NCBI GenBank assembly: GCA_039817645.1 | Contig: JBCBVM010000004.1 | Coordinates: forward strand, 45,013 to 109,012 | Direction: 5' to 3' | DNA length: 64,000 nt | From: Pseudomonadota bacterium | GTDB lineage: Bacteria > Pseudomonadota > Alphaproteobacteria > Rhodobacterales > Rhodobacteraceae | Program-made: the position numbers and the translations under genes | Shown here: one piece after another, positions 10,366 through 21,595 of the stretch | Numbering within the stretch: position 1 is the stretch's first letter | Layout: every line of letters starts with the position of its first letter | The notes under the pieces: model-generated | Databases searched by the model: none | What the model saw: only the letters and a program-made list of their open reading frames with translations | What the model was told of the DNA's origin: nothing

Positions 10366-12138
10366 TCACTCGGTCGGCATTTTGCGCAAACCCAATTCCG
10401 CCAACTGTCCGGCCAAAGGCTCCGACGGGGCGTCCATCATCAGGTCTTCGGCCCGCTGGTTCATGGGGAACAACATGACTTCGCGGATGTTCGCCTCGTC
10501 CGCCAACAACATGACGATCCGGTCGATGCCCGCCGCACACCCGCCGTGGGGCGGGGCGCCGTATTGGAACGCCTTGACCATGCCACCAAACCGCTTGCGC
10601 ACCTCGTCCTCGCCGTAACCGGCCAGTTCGAAGGCTTTGAACATGATTTCGGGCCGGTGGTTTCGGATCGCGCCAGAGATCAGTTCATACCCGTTACAGG
10701 CGAGGTCATACTGGTAGCCCAGCACGCTCAGCGGATCACCTTCCAGCGCCGCCATCCCGCCTTGGGGCATGGAGAACGGGTTGTGGCTGAAGTCGATCTT
10801 CCCCTCGTCATCTTGCTCATACATCGGGAAATCGACGATCCAAGCAAAGGCGAACCGGTCGGTATCGGTCAGGCCCAACTCGTCCCCGATAACGGTGCGG
10901 GCACGGCCCGCGACGGCCTCGAAATCACTGGCCTTGCCGCCAAGGAAAAAGGCCGCGTCGCCCACGCCCAAGCCCAACTGTGCGCGGATCGCCTCCGTCC
11001 GCTCCGGCCCGATATTCTTGGCCAAGGGACCTGCGGCTTCCATGCCGTCGCCCTGATCCCGCCAGAAAATATACCCCATCCCGGGCAAACCCTGTTCCTG
11101 CGCGAACTTGTTCATCCGGTCGCAGAATTTGCGGCTGCCACCGGTGGGCGCGGGGATGGCGCGGATCTCGGTTCCGGCCTTTTCAAGCAGGCTGGCGAAG
11201 ATGGCAAAGCCAGAGCCGCGGAAATGCTCGGACACGTCCTGCATCTTGATCGGGTTGCGCAGGTCGGGCTTGTCTGTTCCGTACATCAGCGCGGCGTCGC
11301 GATAGCTGATCTGCGGCCACTCCGCGTCCACTTTGCGCCCCCCGCCGAACTCCTCGAAAATGCCCTGCATCACCGGCTGAATAGTCGCAAAAACATCGTC
11401 TTGCGTGACGAAGCTCATCTCCATGTCCAACTGATAAAAGTCGGTCGGAGAGCGGTCGGCACGGGGGTCTTCATCGCGGAAGCATGGGGCGATCTGAAAG
11501 TACTTATCGAACCCAGACACCATCAAAAGCTGTTTGAACTGCTGCGGCGCTTGCGGCAGCGCATAGACTTTACCCGGGTGAAGACGGCTGGGCACGATGA
11601 AATCGCGCGCGCCTTCCGGGCTACTGGCGGTGATGATGGGCGTTTGGAATTCATTAAAATCCATGTCCCACATACGGTTACGGATCGACCTTACCACGTT
11701 CGAGCGTAAAATCATGTTCCGCTGCATCACGTCCCGGCGCAGATCAAGGAACCGGTATTTCAGCCGCGTTTCTTCGGGGTATTCTTGGTCGCCAAACACC
11801 ATCAGCGGCAGTTCATCCGCGGCGCCCAACACCTCCAGATCGCGGACAAACACTTCCACTTCACCCGTGGGAATCTTTGCGTTTACAAGGCTTTCGTCCC
11901 GGGCCTTCACGTTACCGTCAATGCGGATGCACCATTCGGAGCGAACCTTCTCAACCTCGTGAAAGACGGGGCTGTCGGGGTCACATAGGACCTGAGTGAC
12001 GCCATAATGGTCCCGCAGGTCGATGAACAACACGCCCCCATGGTCGCGGATGCGGTGGACCCACCCAGACAGCCGGACAGTCTCGCCCACATCCGCCTTG
12101 GTCAACGCGGCACAGGTTTTGGTGCGAAAGGCATGCAT
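10366..12138 (-). CDS. aspS: aspartate--tRNA ligase
   Basis: [46 protein letters not shown] plus class II aaRS motifs. Confidence 0.95.
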   Translation of the reverse strand: MHAFRTKTCAALTKADVGETVRLSGWVHRIRDHGGVLFIDLRDHYGVTQVLCDPDSPVFHEVEKVRSEWCIRIDGNVKARDESLVNAKIPTGEVEVFVRDLEVLGAADELPLMVFGDQEYPEETRLKYRFLDLRRDVMQRNMILRSNVVRSIRNRMWDMDFNEFQTPIITASSPEGARDFIVPSRLHPGKVYALPQAPQQFKQLLMVSGFDKYFQIAPCFRDEDPRADRSPTDFYQLDMEMSFVTQDDVFATIQPVMQGIFEEFGGGRKVDAEWPQISYRDAALMYGTDKPDLRNPIKMQDVSEHFRGSGFAIFASLLEKAGTEIRAIPAPTGGSRKFCDRMNKFAQEQGLPGMGYIFWRDQGDGMEAAGPLAKNIGPERTEAIRAQLGLGVGDAAFFLGGKASDFEAVAGRARTVIGDELGLTDTDRFAFAWIVDFPMYEQDDEGKIDFSHNPFSMPQGGMAALEGDPLSVLGYQYDLACNGYELISGAIRNHRPEIMFKAFELAGYGEDEVRKRFGGMVKAFQYGAPPHGGCAAGIDRIVMLLADEANIREVMLFPMNQRAEDLMMDAPSEPLAGQLAELGLRKMPTE

Positions 12139-12227
12139 AGGAGCGCTCCGGGTTGCGGACAGACGGTCGCGTCGGTTGACCGTCTGGACCGCATGAAGTC
12201 AACCCCACGCATGCCGGAAAACGGGCG

Positions 12228-12920
12228 TTACTCCGCCGCGACCGACGGCGCCGGCCCGTCGCGCAACAGGATGTCGGGGGAGAGACGCGTGACCACGTCC
12301 TCCACACCCTCCGGGAAGGGGCGCCCTTCGGCCGCCCAACCGGGGAAGCCGATGACGCGGCACCCAGCGTCCAACGCGGCTTGCGCGCTTTCGGGCGTGT
12401 CTTCGATCACCAAAGTTCTGTCCAGTTCCACATCCAATGTCGTGGCGCCCCTGTGGAAGATGTCGGGCGCGGGTTTGCCAGTCGCAACCTGGCTGCGGTC
12501 CCCGATCCAGTCGAAATCGGTGGCCTGCACATCGGGCGCCAAGCCCGCCAGAGTCAGATCCACCTGGGGCCGCCCCGTGCTGGTGCAGAACCCGGTGGCC
12601 AGGCCCCGCGCCTTCGCCGCCCGCAACAGGTCCTGCACACCGGCGCGCGGGGCCAACCCCTGGCGCCGAACGAGGCCTGCAAAAATTTCCGTCTTGGCCC
12701 GATGGAGCGCATCCACATCCACCGTATCGCCGCTCCGCTCTGCAAAAGCAGCGATGCGCGCCTTGCCGCCGGGCTGGGTCAGCATCCGGCGATAGCTGTC
12801 GCGATCCCACACCCAGTCCAGCCCCGCCGTGCGGAAGGCCAGATTGAACGCGCGACGCTGGATGTCAGATGTTTCAGCCAGTGTCCCGATGGAACCGAAG
12901 AAAAGGGCAGTTAGGGGCAT
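12228..12920 (-). CDS. CbbY-like HAD-superfamily protein lacking the motif-I Asp nucleophiles
   Basis: GTLAETSDIQRRAFNLAF...GLDWVWDRDSYRRMLTQPGGKARIAAF...HRAKTEIF closely parallels CbbY as recalled from memory. Motif I is GSIGT instead of DxDGT. Start set at the internal ATG (M204 of the track ORF). Confidence 0.75.
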   Translation of the reverse strand: MPLTALFFGSIGTLAETSDIQRRAFNLAFRTAGLDWVWDRDSYRRMLTQPGGKARIAAFAERSGDTVDVDALHRAKTEIFAGLVRRQGLAPRAGVQDLLRAAKARGLATGFCTSTGRPQVDLTLAGLAPDVQATDFDWIGDRSQVATGKPAPDIFHRGATTLDVELDRTLVIEDTPESAQAALDAGCRVIGFPGWAAEGRPFPEGVEDVVTRLSPDILLRDGPAPSVAAE

Positions 12921-13066
12921 TCTCAAACCTCGCGCGTGCCGGAATGCCTGGTCGCCCACGGCCAAGATGCGGCGCGCGAGGCCAGGGAACCGGGCGTTGG
13001 ATAACGGTCGTACCTGAGAGATACGATCCGACCCCGCCTTTGGTTCCCGAGCTGCGCGAGATTTCG

Positions 13067-13744
13067 CTATTCGGCTGCGACCGGTTCTTTCTGCATCAGC
13101 GCGGCGCCCGCCTCGGGGGCCACGCGCGTTCCGGCCGGTAAGTGCCAGCCCGCGCCCATACCCCCCGTCAGCACCACCGATGGCACGCCCACCGCACTTG
13201 CGGCGCGGGCTGCGTAGGGCGTGTCGACCACCGCCAGAATGCGATCTGGCTGCACCTGCATCGAACACAGGGCCAGGTCGAAAACATCTGCCAGGCTCCG
13301 CTCTCGCTTGACCATGTCGCTGTCCCCAATCCAGGAGAATTCGCGCGGGGAAAGGGTGGGCGCCATGGCATCCATCACGGCGTAGACCTCGCTGGCAGAC
13401 CGGCGTGCGCATAGGGCCACGGGCACGTTCCGCGACTTGGCAGCATCCAGCAGGTCCAACACCCCGGTCTTTGGCGCCACCTTGGCCGAGCGGAGCAGGT
13501 CGCGCGCGATGTCGCGCTTCGTTTGCCACAACGCTGCCACGTCGACGCTGTCGCCCGCATCAACCGCGTAGGCCGCGATCCGCGCGGCATCATCCTCAAG
13601 GGTTTGCAGGCGCTTGTAGCGCGACGGCTCCCAAACCCAGTCGAGATCGGCCCGATGGAACGCCAAGTTGAAAGCGCGTCGGTCCAGATCCTCCAAATCC
13701 GCCACCGCTCCGACGGATGCAAATACGACTGCTGCGTAAGACAT
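13067..13744 (-). CDS. CbbY-like HAD-superfamily paralog (more degenerate)
   Basis: VVFASVGAVADLEDLDRRAFNLAF...DLDWVWEPSRYKRL; a tandem paralog of the previous gene. GGGAGG lies 6 nt upstream of the ATG. Confidence 0.7.
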   Translation of the reverse strand: MSYAAVVFASVGAVADLEDLDRRAFNLAFHRADLDWVWEPSRYKRLQTLEDDAARIAAYAVDAGDSVDVAALWQTKRDIARDLLRSAKVAPKTGVLDLLDAAKSRNVPVALCARRSASEVYAVMDAMAPTLSPREFSWIGDSDMVKRERSLADVFDLALCSMQVQPDRILAVVDTPYAARAASAVGVPSVVLTGGMGAGWHLPAGTRVAPEAGAALMQKEPVAAE

Positions 13745-14010
13745 CGCAAACCTCCCTTTTTGTGATGTGTGCTGGCCCCCAGATGGCCAGCGTCCAGGGT
13801 CACCTGGAAATCGTTAAGGAATCGTTACCACCCCCTGCTGGTGTCAGGATATCAGCCAAAACCAGCCCATAGGCGGCTTTGTCCCGCGGGCTCAATCCTG
13901 CGCCGAACTCTGCCGATGCGCCCCGTTCGCGCAGGCGGATCAGGGGTTGCGCCCGCCCGGCCCCGACCCTAAACCCCCGCCAATTTGCCAGCACTCGGGG
14001 GACGGGGACC

Positions 14011-17000
14011 ATGCCCAAACGTGACGATATCAAATCGATCATGATCATCGGCGCGGGCCCCATCGTCATTGGGCAAGCTTGCGAGTTCGACTATTCCGGC
14101 GCCCAGGCGTGTAAGGCCCTGCGGGAAGAAGGCTACCGGGTGATCCTGGTGAACTCCAACCCCGCGACGATCATGACGGACCCGGGGCTGGCGGACGCCA
14201 CATATATCGAGCCCATCACCCCCGAAGTTGTCGCCAAAATCATCGAGAAGGAGCGGCCAGACGCATTGCTGCCCACCATGGGCGGCCAGACCGGGCTGAA
14301 CACGTCCCTGGCGTTGGACGATATGGGCGTGCTGGACAAGTTCGACGTCGAACTAATCGGCGCAAAACGTGCCGCCATCGAGATGGCCGAGGATCGCAAG
14401 CTTTTCCGGGAGGCCATGGACCGATTGGGCATCGAGAACCCCAAGGCCACCATCGTGGACGCGCCCAAGCGAGACAACGGCACCTTTGACATCGCCAAGG
14501 GCATGGAAAACGCCATGGCCGCCTTGGAGTTCGTGGGCCTGCCAGCCATCATTCGGCCGGCCTTCACCTTGGGCGGCACCGGCGGTGGCGTGGCCTATAA
14601 CCGCGCCGACTATGAACGGATCTGCCGGACGGGGCTTGAAGCCTCGCCCATGGCGCAAATCCTGGTGGATGAAAGCCTGCTGGGCTGGAAAGAATTCGAG
14701 ATGGAGGTGGTGCGGGACAAAGCCGACAACGCCATCATCGTCTGCGCCATCGAAAACGTGGACCCCATGGGGGTGCATACGGGCGACAGTATCACCGTGG
14801 CCCCCGCCCTGACCCTCACTGACAAAGAGTACCAGTTGATGCGCACCCATAGCATCAATGTCCTGCGGGAGATCGGGGTGGAAACGGGCGGGTCCAACGT
14901 GCAATGGGCCGTGAATCCGGCAGATGGCCGGATGGTCGTGATCGAAATGAACCCGCGGGTGTCACGCTCCTCGGCGCTGGCGTCCAAAGCGACGGGTTTC
15001 CCCATTGCCAAGATCGCGGCGAAGCTGGCCGTGGGCTATACGCTGGATGAGTTGGACAACGACATCACCAAGGTGACGCCCGCGTCCTTTGAGCCGACGA
15101 TCGACTACGTCGTCACCAAGATCCCGAAATTCGCATTCGAGAAATTCCCGGGGTCCGAGCCGTTCTTGACCACGGCCATGAAATCCGTGGGCGAGGCCAT
15201 GTCCATCGGGCGCACCATCCATGAGAGCCTGCAAAAGGCGCTGGCCTCCATGGAATCCGGTCTGACCGGGTTCGATGAGATCGAGATCCCTGGCCTCACC
15301 TCCCCCCATGGCGCGTCAGGTGGTGCCGGTGCCGCAAGCGTCCCCCCCTCCGAGGCGGAGGGGCGCCAGGTGGAAGGGCCGACCCCCGCCGCCATGGCCG
15401 CGATCAAGGCCGCCCTTTCGAAACAAACTCCGGACCGCCTGCGGGTCATCGCCCAGGCCATGCGCGAAGGGCTCGGTGATGACGCCATCCACGCCGTGAC
15501 CAAGTTCGACCCCTGGTTCCTCGCCCGTATCCGCGAAATCATCGAGGCCGAAGCCCATGTCCGCAAGGACGGCCTGCCCGTGGAAGAAGACGGCCTCCGC
15601 CGCCTCAAGATGATGGGGTTCACCGACGCGCGCCTGGCCAAGCTGACCGGGCGGACGGAAGACAATGTCCGCCGCGCCCGCCTGAACCTGGGCGTCACCG
15701 CGCAGTTCAAGCGCATCGACACCTGCGCGGCCGAGTTCGAAGCCCAGACGCCCTATATGTATTCCACCTATGAGGCCCCCGTCATGGGGGAGCCGGAATG
15801 CGAAAGCCGCCCGTCCGAGGCCACCAAAGTCGTCATCCTGGGCGGCGGCCCCAACCGCATCGGCCAAGGGATCGAGTTCGACTATTGCTGCTGCCACGCC
15901 TGTTTCGCGCTGTCGGACGCGGGCTATGAGACGATCATGGTCAACTGCAACCCCGAGACGGTAAGCACGGATTACGACACGTCCGACCGCCTCTACTTCG
16001 AGCCGCTGACGTTCGAGCATGTGATGGAGATCCTGCGGGTGGAGCAGGAGAACGGCACCCTCCACGGGGTCATCGTTCAGTTCGGGGGGCAAACGCCACT
16101 GAAACTGGCCAACGCGCTGCATGATGCGGGCATTCCAATCCTGGGCACGACGCCCGATGCCATCGACCTGGCCGAAGACCGCGAACGCTTTTCGGCGCTG
16201 GTCACGCAACTTGGCCTGAAGCAGCCGAAGAACGCCATCGCGTCATCTGACGAGGAGGCCCGGCTGCGCGCCGAGGAGTTGGGCTACCCCTTGGTGATAC
16301 GACCCTCTTACGTTCTGGGTGGCCGCGCCATGGAGATCGTGCGCGACACCGCGCAACTTGAACGCTACATCCGCGACGCCGTGGTCGTCTCCGGCGACAG
16401 TCCGGTCCTGCTGGACAGCTATCTTTCGGGCGCCATCGAAGTGGATGTGGACGCCCTCTCCGACGGGACCGACGTCCATGTGGCCGGCATCATGCAGCAT
16501 ATCGAAGAGGCGGGGGTTCATTCCGGCGACAGCGCCTGCTGCCTTCCGCCCCACTCCCTCTCCCAAGACGTGCTCGACATGATCCGCCGCCAGACCGAGG
16601 CGCTGGCCAAAGCCTTGCGCGTCGTGGGCCTGATGAACGTCCAATTCGCGGTAAAGGACGAAGACGTCTACCTGATCGAAGTGAACCCCCGCGCGTCCCG
16701 GACGGTGCCCTTCGTGGCCAAGGCCGTCGATAGCGCCATCGCGTCCATCGCAGCCCGCCTCATGGCCGGAGAGCCGCTTTCGAACTTCCCGCTGCGCGAT
16801 CCCTACCCCGCCGATGCCGAGATTGCCCATGTGCCCATGGGCGACACCATGATGCTGTCCCACCCGGACACGCCCTGGTTTTCCGTGAAGGAGGCGGTGT
16901 TGCCCTTTGCCCGCTTCCCCGGTGTCGACACGCTTCTGGGGCCAGAAATGCGCTCCACCGGCGAAGTCATGGGATGGGACCGGTCCTTCCCGCGTGCGTT

Positions 17001-17427
17001 CCTCAAGGCGCAGATGGGCGCGGGCACGGTACTGCCGCTGGCGGGGACGGCGTTCCTGAGCATCAAGAACGACGACAAAACCGCCCAACTGGCCGAGACG
17101 GCGGCCATCCTGGTGGACCAAGGCTTCTCGATCCTCGCCACGTCGGGCACCGCGGAATTTCTGGCGCGCCACGGCATCGAAAGTCGCCATGTGAACAAGG
17201 CCTACGAGGGCGGCCGCACCGTCGTTGATGTCATGAAAGACGGGGAGGTGCAGCTGGTCATGAACACCACCGAAGGCGCCCAAGCCGTGGAGGACAGCCG
17301 CTCCATGCGCAACGTGGCGCTCATGGACCGCATCCCATATTACACGACCCTGGCCGGGGCCCATGCCGCCGCACTCGCCATGCAGGCCCGCGCCGAGGGC
17401 GATGTCGAGGTCCGCAGCCTTCAATAA
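14011..17427 (+). CDS. carB: carbamoyl-phosphate synthase large subunit
   Basis: [57 protein letters not shown] and a duplicated ATP-grasp architecture. Start at the internal ATG. Confidence 0.95.
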   Translation: MPKRDDIKSIMIIGAGPIVIGQACEFDYSGAQACKALREEGYRVILVNSNPATIMTDPGLADATYIEPITPEVVAKIIEKERPDALLPTMGGQTGLNTSLALDDMGVLDKFDVELIGAKRAAIEMAEDRKLFREAMDRLGIENPKATIVDAPKRDNGTFDIAKGMENAMAALEFVGLPAIIRPAFTLGGTGGGVAYNRADYERICRTGLEASPMAQILVDESLLGWKEFEMEVVRDKADNAIIVCAIENVDPMGVHTGDSITVAPALTLTDKEYQLMRTHSINVLREIGVETGGSNVQWAVNPADGRMVVIEMNPRVSRSSALASKATGFPIAKIAAKLAVGYTLDELDNDITKVTPASFEPTIDYVVTKIPKFAFEKFPGSEPFLTTAMKSVGEAMSIGRTIHESLQKALASMESGLTGFDEIEIPGLTSPHGASGGAGAASVPPSEAEGRQVEGPTPAAMAAIKAALSKQTPDRLRVIAQAMREGLGDDAIHAVTKFDPWFLARIREIIEAEAHVRKDGLPVEEDGLRRLKMMGFTDARLAKLTGRTEDNVRRARLNLGVTAQFKRIDTCAAEFEAQTPYMYSTYEAPVMGEPECESRPSEATKVVILGGGPNRIGQGIEFDYCCCHACFALSDAGYETIMVNCNPETVSTDYDTSDRLYFEPLTFEHVMEILRVEQENGTLHGVIVQFGGQTPLKLANALHDAGIPILGTTPDAIDLAEDRERFSALVTQLGLKQPKNAIASSDEEARLRAEELGYPLVIRPSYVLGGRAMEIVRDTAQLERYIRDAVVVSGDSPVLLDSYLSGAIEVDVDALSDGTDVHVAGIMQHIEEAGVHSGDSACCLPPHSLSQDVLDMIRRQTEALAKALRVVGLMNVQFAVKDEDVYLIEVNPRASRTVPFVAKAVDSAIASIAARLMAGEPLSNFPLRDPYPADAEIAHVPMGDTMMLSHPDTPWFSVKEAVLPFARFPGVDTLLGPEMRSTGEVMGWDRSFPRAFLKAQMGAGTVLPLAGTAFLSIKNDDKTAQLAETAAILVDQGFSILATSGTAEFLARHGIESRHVNKAYEGGRTVVDVMKDGEVQLVMNTTEGAQAVEDSRSMRNVALMDRIPYYTTLAGAHAAALAMQARAEGDVEVRSLQ

Positions 17428-17563
17428 ACTTTCGGCATAAACGCCTCGTCCTGACGTTGAGGCCCCGGCCCCTAAACGTCCGAACAATGGTCGTGGGTGC
17501 CCGCCTGCCCTTTGTCTCTGCCAACCGAAGCATTCCCGCTTCGGCACCAGCGGAGAGACAGAC

Positions 17564-18355
17564 ATGGCGACGATCAATGGCAACGACAATGATAACGCCT
17601 TGCGCGGGACCGCGCAGGGCGATCAGATCTTTGGGTTGGATGGCGATGACACGATTTCCGGCTTGGGCGGCAACGACCGACTCTTCGGGTCCGACGGCAA
17701 GGACTTTATGTTGGGGTCCCTCGGACAAGACTTTCTGTCCGGCGGCGATGACGACGACACCCTCAACGGCGGCACGGGCGACGACACCGTCTCTGGCGGC
17801 GACGGCGATGACGACCTGCGCGGCGGCCAAGGCGATGACACCCTCAACGCGGGCGACGGCCAAGACCGCGTTTTCGGCAATGAGGGCGACGATTTCATTC
17901 TGGGCGGCGAAGGGGCCGACATTTTGGGCGGCGGCGCAGGCGATGACCGCTTGAACGGGGGCGAAGACGATGACCGACTGTTCGGCGGCTTCGGTGAGGA
18001 CACGCTTCTGGGGGGCAACGGCGATGACACGATGTTCGGCGCCGTGGGCGATGACCGCCTGGTCGGCGGCGACGGGGACGACGTTCTCAACGGCGGTGGC
18101 GGTCGCGATGTCCTGACCGGCGGCGATGGCAGCGACACCTTCGTCTTCCAAAGTGGGGCCGACCGGATCACCGATTTCGACCGTCGCGATGACACGATCG
18201 ACCTGACAAGCGTCGCGGGCCTATCCACTTGGTCCGACGTCATGGATGCCGCCAGCGACACAAGCGGCGGCGTGGTCCTGTCTTTCACCGAAGGCCAATT
18301 GACCATCACCGGGCTGAGCATGGCCGGTTTGCAGGAAGATGATTTCTTGTTCTAA
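17564..18355 (+). CDS. RTX-type calcium-binding repeat protein (hemolysin-type nonapeptide repeats)
   Basis: About 20 tandem GGxGxDxLx repeats. C-terminal DTFVF...ADRITDF...DTIDLT is typical of type I secretion substrates. GGAGAG SD upstream. Confidence 0.8.
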   Translation: MATINGNDNDNALRGTAQGDQIFGLDGDDTISGLGGNDRLFGSDGKDFMLGSLGQDFLSGGDDDDTLNGGTGDDTVSGGDGDDDLRGGQGDDTLNAGDGQDRVFGNEGDDFILGGEGADILGGGAGDDRLNGGEDDDRLFGGFGEDTLLGGNGDDTMFGAVGDDRLVGGDGDDVLNGGGGRDVLTGGDGSDTFVFQSGADRITDFDRRDDTIDLTSVAGLSTWSDVMDAASDTSGGVVLSFTEGQLTITGLSMAGLQEDDFLF

Positions 18356-18367
18356 GGCCGCGTTCCG

Positions 18368-18408
18368 TCCGCCCCGCGTGTTGGCGCATTTGCGGGGCGG
18401 GCGCCTTT
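18368..18408 (+). terminator. putative intrinsic terminator after the RTX gene
   Basis: Inverted repeat CCGCCCCGC...GCGGGGCGG followed by a TTTT run. Confidence 0.4.
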
Positions 18409-18540
18409 TGGTATCACCGGAAAAAGAGTTAAGCATTAACCACATAGCCGCAAACCCGGACTTGTTTGGATGCCGGTCAAATGGCCATTCTCTTGCCACA
18501 TCGACTCGACATTTACGGATCAAGAAATGACGAGGCTCCG

Positions 18541-19026
18541 ATGCACCCTGCACTTACCCTGACCCCTTCGCCCCTGCTCTCGCTGGTTCGCGCGCTCACG
18601 CCCGAGGCCATTGCGCGCCCCGACCATGCCCTTACCCCAGAGGATCGAGAGGAGGTCTTTGCCCGCCTCTGTGTCCTGGCCCACCGCAAAGGCTTCCACG
18701 TGGCGCCGGGCGTGGCCATTGGCGGGGTGTTGCGGGTGCGCGACGGCCGCAAGCGGGGCACGGTCCACGGCGCCAAGCGCGCCTTGGCCCAGGAACGTGT
18801 GGACGCCCTGATCCTGGACCGCACCGCATGGCCATTGCTTGCGATTAACTTGGCCGAGGCGGATCGCAAAAGCCGCGCAGGCCGCCGCCGCCTGGCCCAG
18901 AAAACGCGCCTCTTTTCCCGCGCGGGGCTGTCCCTTTTGCACCTTGGCGGCACGGAAGACTGGGATAAGAACCAAACTCTGATCGAAGGGGCATTGGCCG
19001 ACGCGACCCAAGCCAGCAGGGCCTGA
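18541..19026 (+). CDS. hypothetical protein
   Basis: ORF downstream of an AT-rich promoter-like region; no recognisable domain. Start chosen at the internal ATG after a weak GAGG. Confidence 0.4.
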   Translation: MHPALTLTPSPLLSLVRALTPEAIARPDHALTPEDREEVFARLCVLAHRKGFHVAPGVAIGGVLRVRDGRKRGTVHGAKRALAQERVDALILDRTAWPLLAINLAEADRKSRAGRRRLAQKTRLFSRAGLSLLHLGGTEDWDKNQTLIEGALADATQASRA

Positions 19027-19106
19027 CGCCAAGGCAGCACGGCCCGAAACCTTGACCTAAGGCGGGCGTGGGGACAGACAGGATGAACCCTTTGAAAGGA
19101 TGTTCT

Positions 19107-20234
19107 ATGTCTGCCGCGACTGGTGCCGCCATCACAGGCTCGGGTGTGTTCACCCCCTCCGAAGTCATCACAAATGATGAACTGGTTATCGCGTTCAACG
19201 CCTTCGCGGATCGCCACAACACCGAACATGCGGACGCCATCGCCCGCGGCGACCATGTCCGTGTCCCGCATTCCAGCGCCGACTTCATCACCTCTGCCAG
19301 CGGCATCGAACAGCGGTTTGTCTTGGACAAAGAAGGCATTTTGGACCCGGGCCGCATGTTCCCGCGTCTGCCGTCGCGTCCCGATGCGGCGCCCAGCCAG
19401 ATGGCGGAGATGGCGCAAAGCGCCTGCCGCGACGCCCTGGCTATGGCGAAGGTCGAGGCAAGCGACATCGACGCCGTCCTCTGCGCGGCGTCCAATCACG
19501 AACGCGCCTATCCGGCCATCGCCATCGAAATTCAGGACCTATTGGGGACGTCAGGCTTTGCCTTCGACATGAATGTCGCGTGTTCCAGCGCAACATTCGG
19601 CATTCAGGCCGCTGCGGATATGATCCGCTCCGGCTCCATCCGGCGGGCCATCGTGGTGAACCCTGAAATCTGCTCGGCCCACCTGGAATGGCGGGACCGC
19701 GACTGTCACTTCATCTTCGGCGATGTCTGCACCGCCCTCGTCCTAGAACGGGCGGACCTCGCCAATGGCCCCCATTTCGCCATCTACAGCACGCGCTGCG
19801 CGACGGCCTATTCCAACAACATCCGCAACAATGACGGTTTCTTGCGGCGCACCCATGATCAGATGGACGACCGCCGCGACATGCAGTTCATGCAAAACGG
19901 GCGCAAAGTGTTCAAAGAAGTGCTTCCCATGGTGTCGGCCCATATCAGCACGCATATGGCCGATGCAGGTTGGACAGCCACAGACTTGAAACGGCTTTGG
20001 TTGCACCAGGCCAACAAAAGTATGAACGATTTTATCGGACGAAAGGTCATGGGCCGCGTGCCCACGCCCGAAGAACAGCCGAATATCCTTCAGGATTACG
20101 CGAACACCTCTTCCGCCGGGTCGATTATTGCCTTCGCCAAACACTCCGCTGACGTGGTCGCCGGGGACCGTGGCCTGATCTGCTCGTTCGGCGCAGGCTA
20201 TTCGGTGGGGTCCGTTCTGCTGACGCGGGTCTAA
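19107..20234 (+). CDS. beta-ketoacyl-ACP synthase III (FabH)-like condensing enzyme
   Basis: Cys-His-Asn triad contexts: ACSSATFGI, WLHQANKSMN and YANTSSAGS. Start preceded by AAAGGA. Confidence 0.8.
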   Translation: MSAATGAAITGSGVFTPSEVITNDELVIAFNAFADRHNTEHADAIARGDHVRVPHSSADFITSASGIEQRFVLDKEGILDPGRMFPRLPSRPDAAPSQMAEMAQSACRDALAMAKVEASDIDAVLCAASNHERAYPAIAIEIQDLLGTSGFAFDMNVACSSATFGIQAAADMIRSGSIRRAIVVNPEICSAHLEWRDRDCHFIFGDVCTALVLERADLANGPHFAIYSTRCATAYSNNIRNNDGFLRRTHDQMDDRRDMQFMQNGRKVFKEVLPMVSAHISTHMADAGWTATDLKRLWLHQANKSMNDFIGRKVMGRVPTPEEQPNILQDYANTSSAGSIIAFAKHSADVVAGDRGLICSFGAGYSVGSVLLTRV

Positions 20235-20250
20235 ATCGCCGCGGGCGCGC

Positions 20251-20724
20251 TCAGGCGCTTTGGGCTTCCGCCTCTAGGTGTAGCTTCATTTCCACCAACA
20301 CCTTTTGCAATTCCAGCGTTTCCGCCAAAAGTTCCCGCGCCTCGTTGGGCGTGATGATGTTGTCGGCAATGGCGTTGGCATAGGCGCTCATCAGCATGGC
20401 AAACCGTTGAGAGATAACGGCAATATCCTCGTTCACCTGCCCGCTCGACGACCGTTCGGCCATATTGGATTTGCGGTTCGCACTTACGGTCAGGCCGGCC
20501 AATTCCGCCAAGGCCGCGGTCACATGTGGATAACTGGCCGAATCTTCCAGAAGGGCAACGGTATCCACGGGCATAAACCGCTCGCTATGTTCTTCATGAC
20601 TGGAATAATACCGCCCCAACGTCGCCTTTGACTTGCCCACAACTTCGCAGGCCGCTTCGACGCCGACGTCTTTGACAAGAGCTTCCGTGTGTCTTTTCAG
20701 GTAGCTGCGGATTTCTTGGGCCAT
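20251..20724 (-). CDS. hypothetical protein with possible HTH
   Basis: Putative HTH segment GKSKATLGRYYS. GGGGGAAG SD upstream of the ATG. Confidence 0.5.
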   Translation of the reverse strand: MAQEIRSYLKRHTEALVKDVGVEAACEVVGKSKATLGRYYSSHEEHSERFMPVDTVALLEDSASYPHVTAALAELAGLTVSANRKSNMAERSSSGQVNEDIAVISQRFAMLMSAYANAIADNIITPNEARELLAETLELQKVLVEMKLHLEAEAQSA

Positions 20725-20992
20725 GAACTTCCCCCTACGTCAACTCTACCACCACCGAAAGCGTGGGGGAAAGATACGTTTCATTTCCCATATCGTGACA
20801 GTTTTGCGACGGCTAAGACCGCCCCATCGAGATTGAAATCGCTTTCAACCGGTTCCACTCGATCTTCGGGACAGCTGGCGCGACCGGCCAAGCCACCACT
20901 CACAAGATGGCGTCCCGCTTGAAGCGGCCCCATGTCAACGGCGCTGGCATGGGGCCTTTTCATTTGGCCATGGTCTTGTAACACCTCCCGCC

Positions 20993-21595
20993 ATGGCCAA
21001 ACTTTACTTCCACTATTCGACCATGAACGCGGGCAAGAGCACGCTGCTCCTCCAGGCCTCCTACAACTACATCGAACGCGGCATGCAGACCTACCTGCTG
21101 ACGGCGAATTTCGATGATCGGGCGGGCAAGGGCCAGATCGGCAGCCGTATCGGCATCTCTGCCGAGGCAGACACTTACGGCACTCAAACGGACCTGTTTG
21201 CCATGGTCGCCGACCGTTTGGCCGCGGGCCCCTGCGCCTGTGTCTTGGTGGACGAAGCGCAATGGCTCACCCGCGGCCAAGTCTGGCAATTGGCCCGGGC
21301 CGTGGATGACCTGGGCGTGCCGATCATGTGCTACGGCCTGCGCGTCGATTTCCGCGGAGAGTTGTTCCCAGGCTCCGCCGCATTGCTCGCCCTGGCCGAT
21401 GAAATGCGCGAGGTGCGCACCATCTGCCACTGTGGGCGCAAGGCCACAATGGTCATCCGCGTCGAGGCCGATGGCCGCGCCCTTACCGAAGGCGCCCAGG
21501 TGGAGGTCGGCGGCAACGACCGCTATGTCAGCCTTTGCCGCAAACACTTCCGCGAAGAACTGGGCGACAGCATCCCCCCCGAGGCTCCGAAATGA
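20993..21595 (+). CDS. tdk: thymidine kinase
   Basis: P-loop NAGKST and a zinc ribbon (CHCGRKATMVIRV...CRKHF). Confidence 0.9.
   Translation: MAKLYFHYSTMNAGKSTLLLQASYNYIERGMQTYLLTANFDDRAGKGQIGSRIGISAEADTYGTQTDLFAMVADRLAAGPCACVLVDEAQWLTRGQVWQLARAVDDLGVPIMCYGLRVDFRGELFPGSAALLALADEMREVRTICHCGRKATMVIRVEADGRALTEGAQVEVGGNDRYVSLCRKHFREELGDSIPPEAPK

Noticed and set aside
17321-18321. Minus-strand ORFs 17321..18151 and 17623..18321, and possible repeat or CRISPR-like periodicity in this region.
   Set aside because: The periodicity is the 27-nt RTX nonapeptide repeat of a plus-strand coding gene; there are no spacer/repeat alternations. The minus ORFs are antisense artefacts of the repeat.
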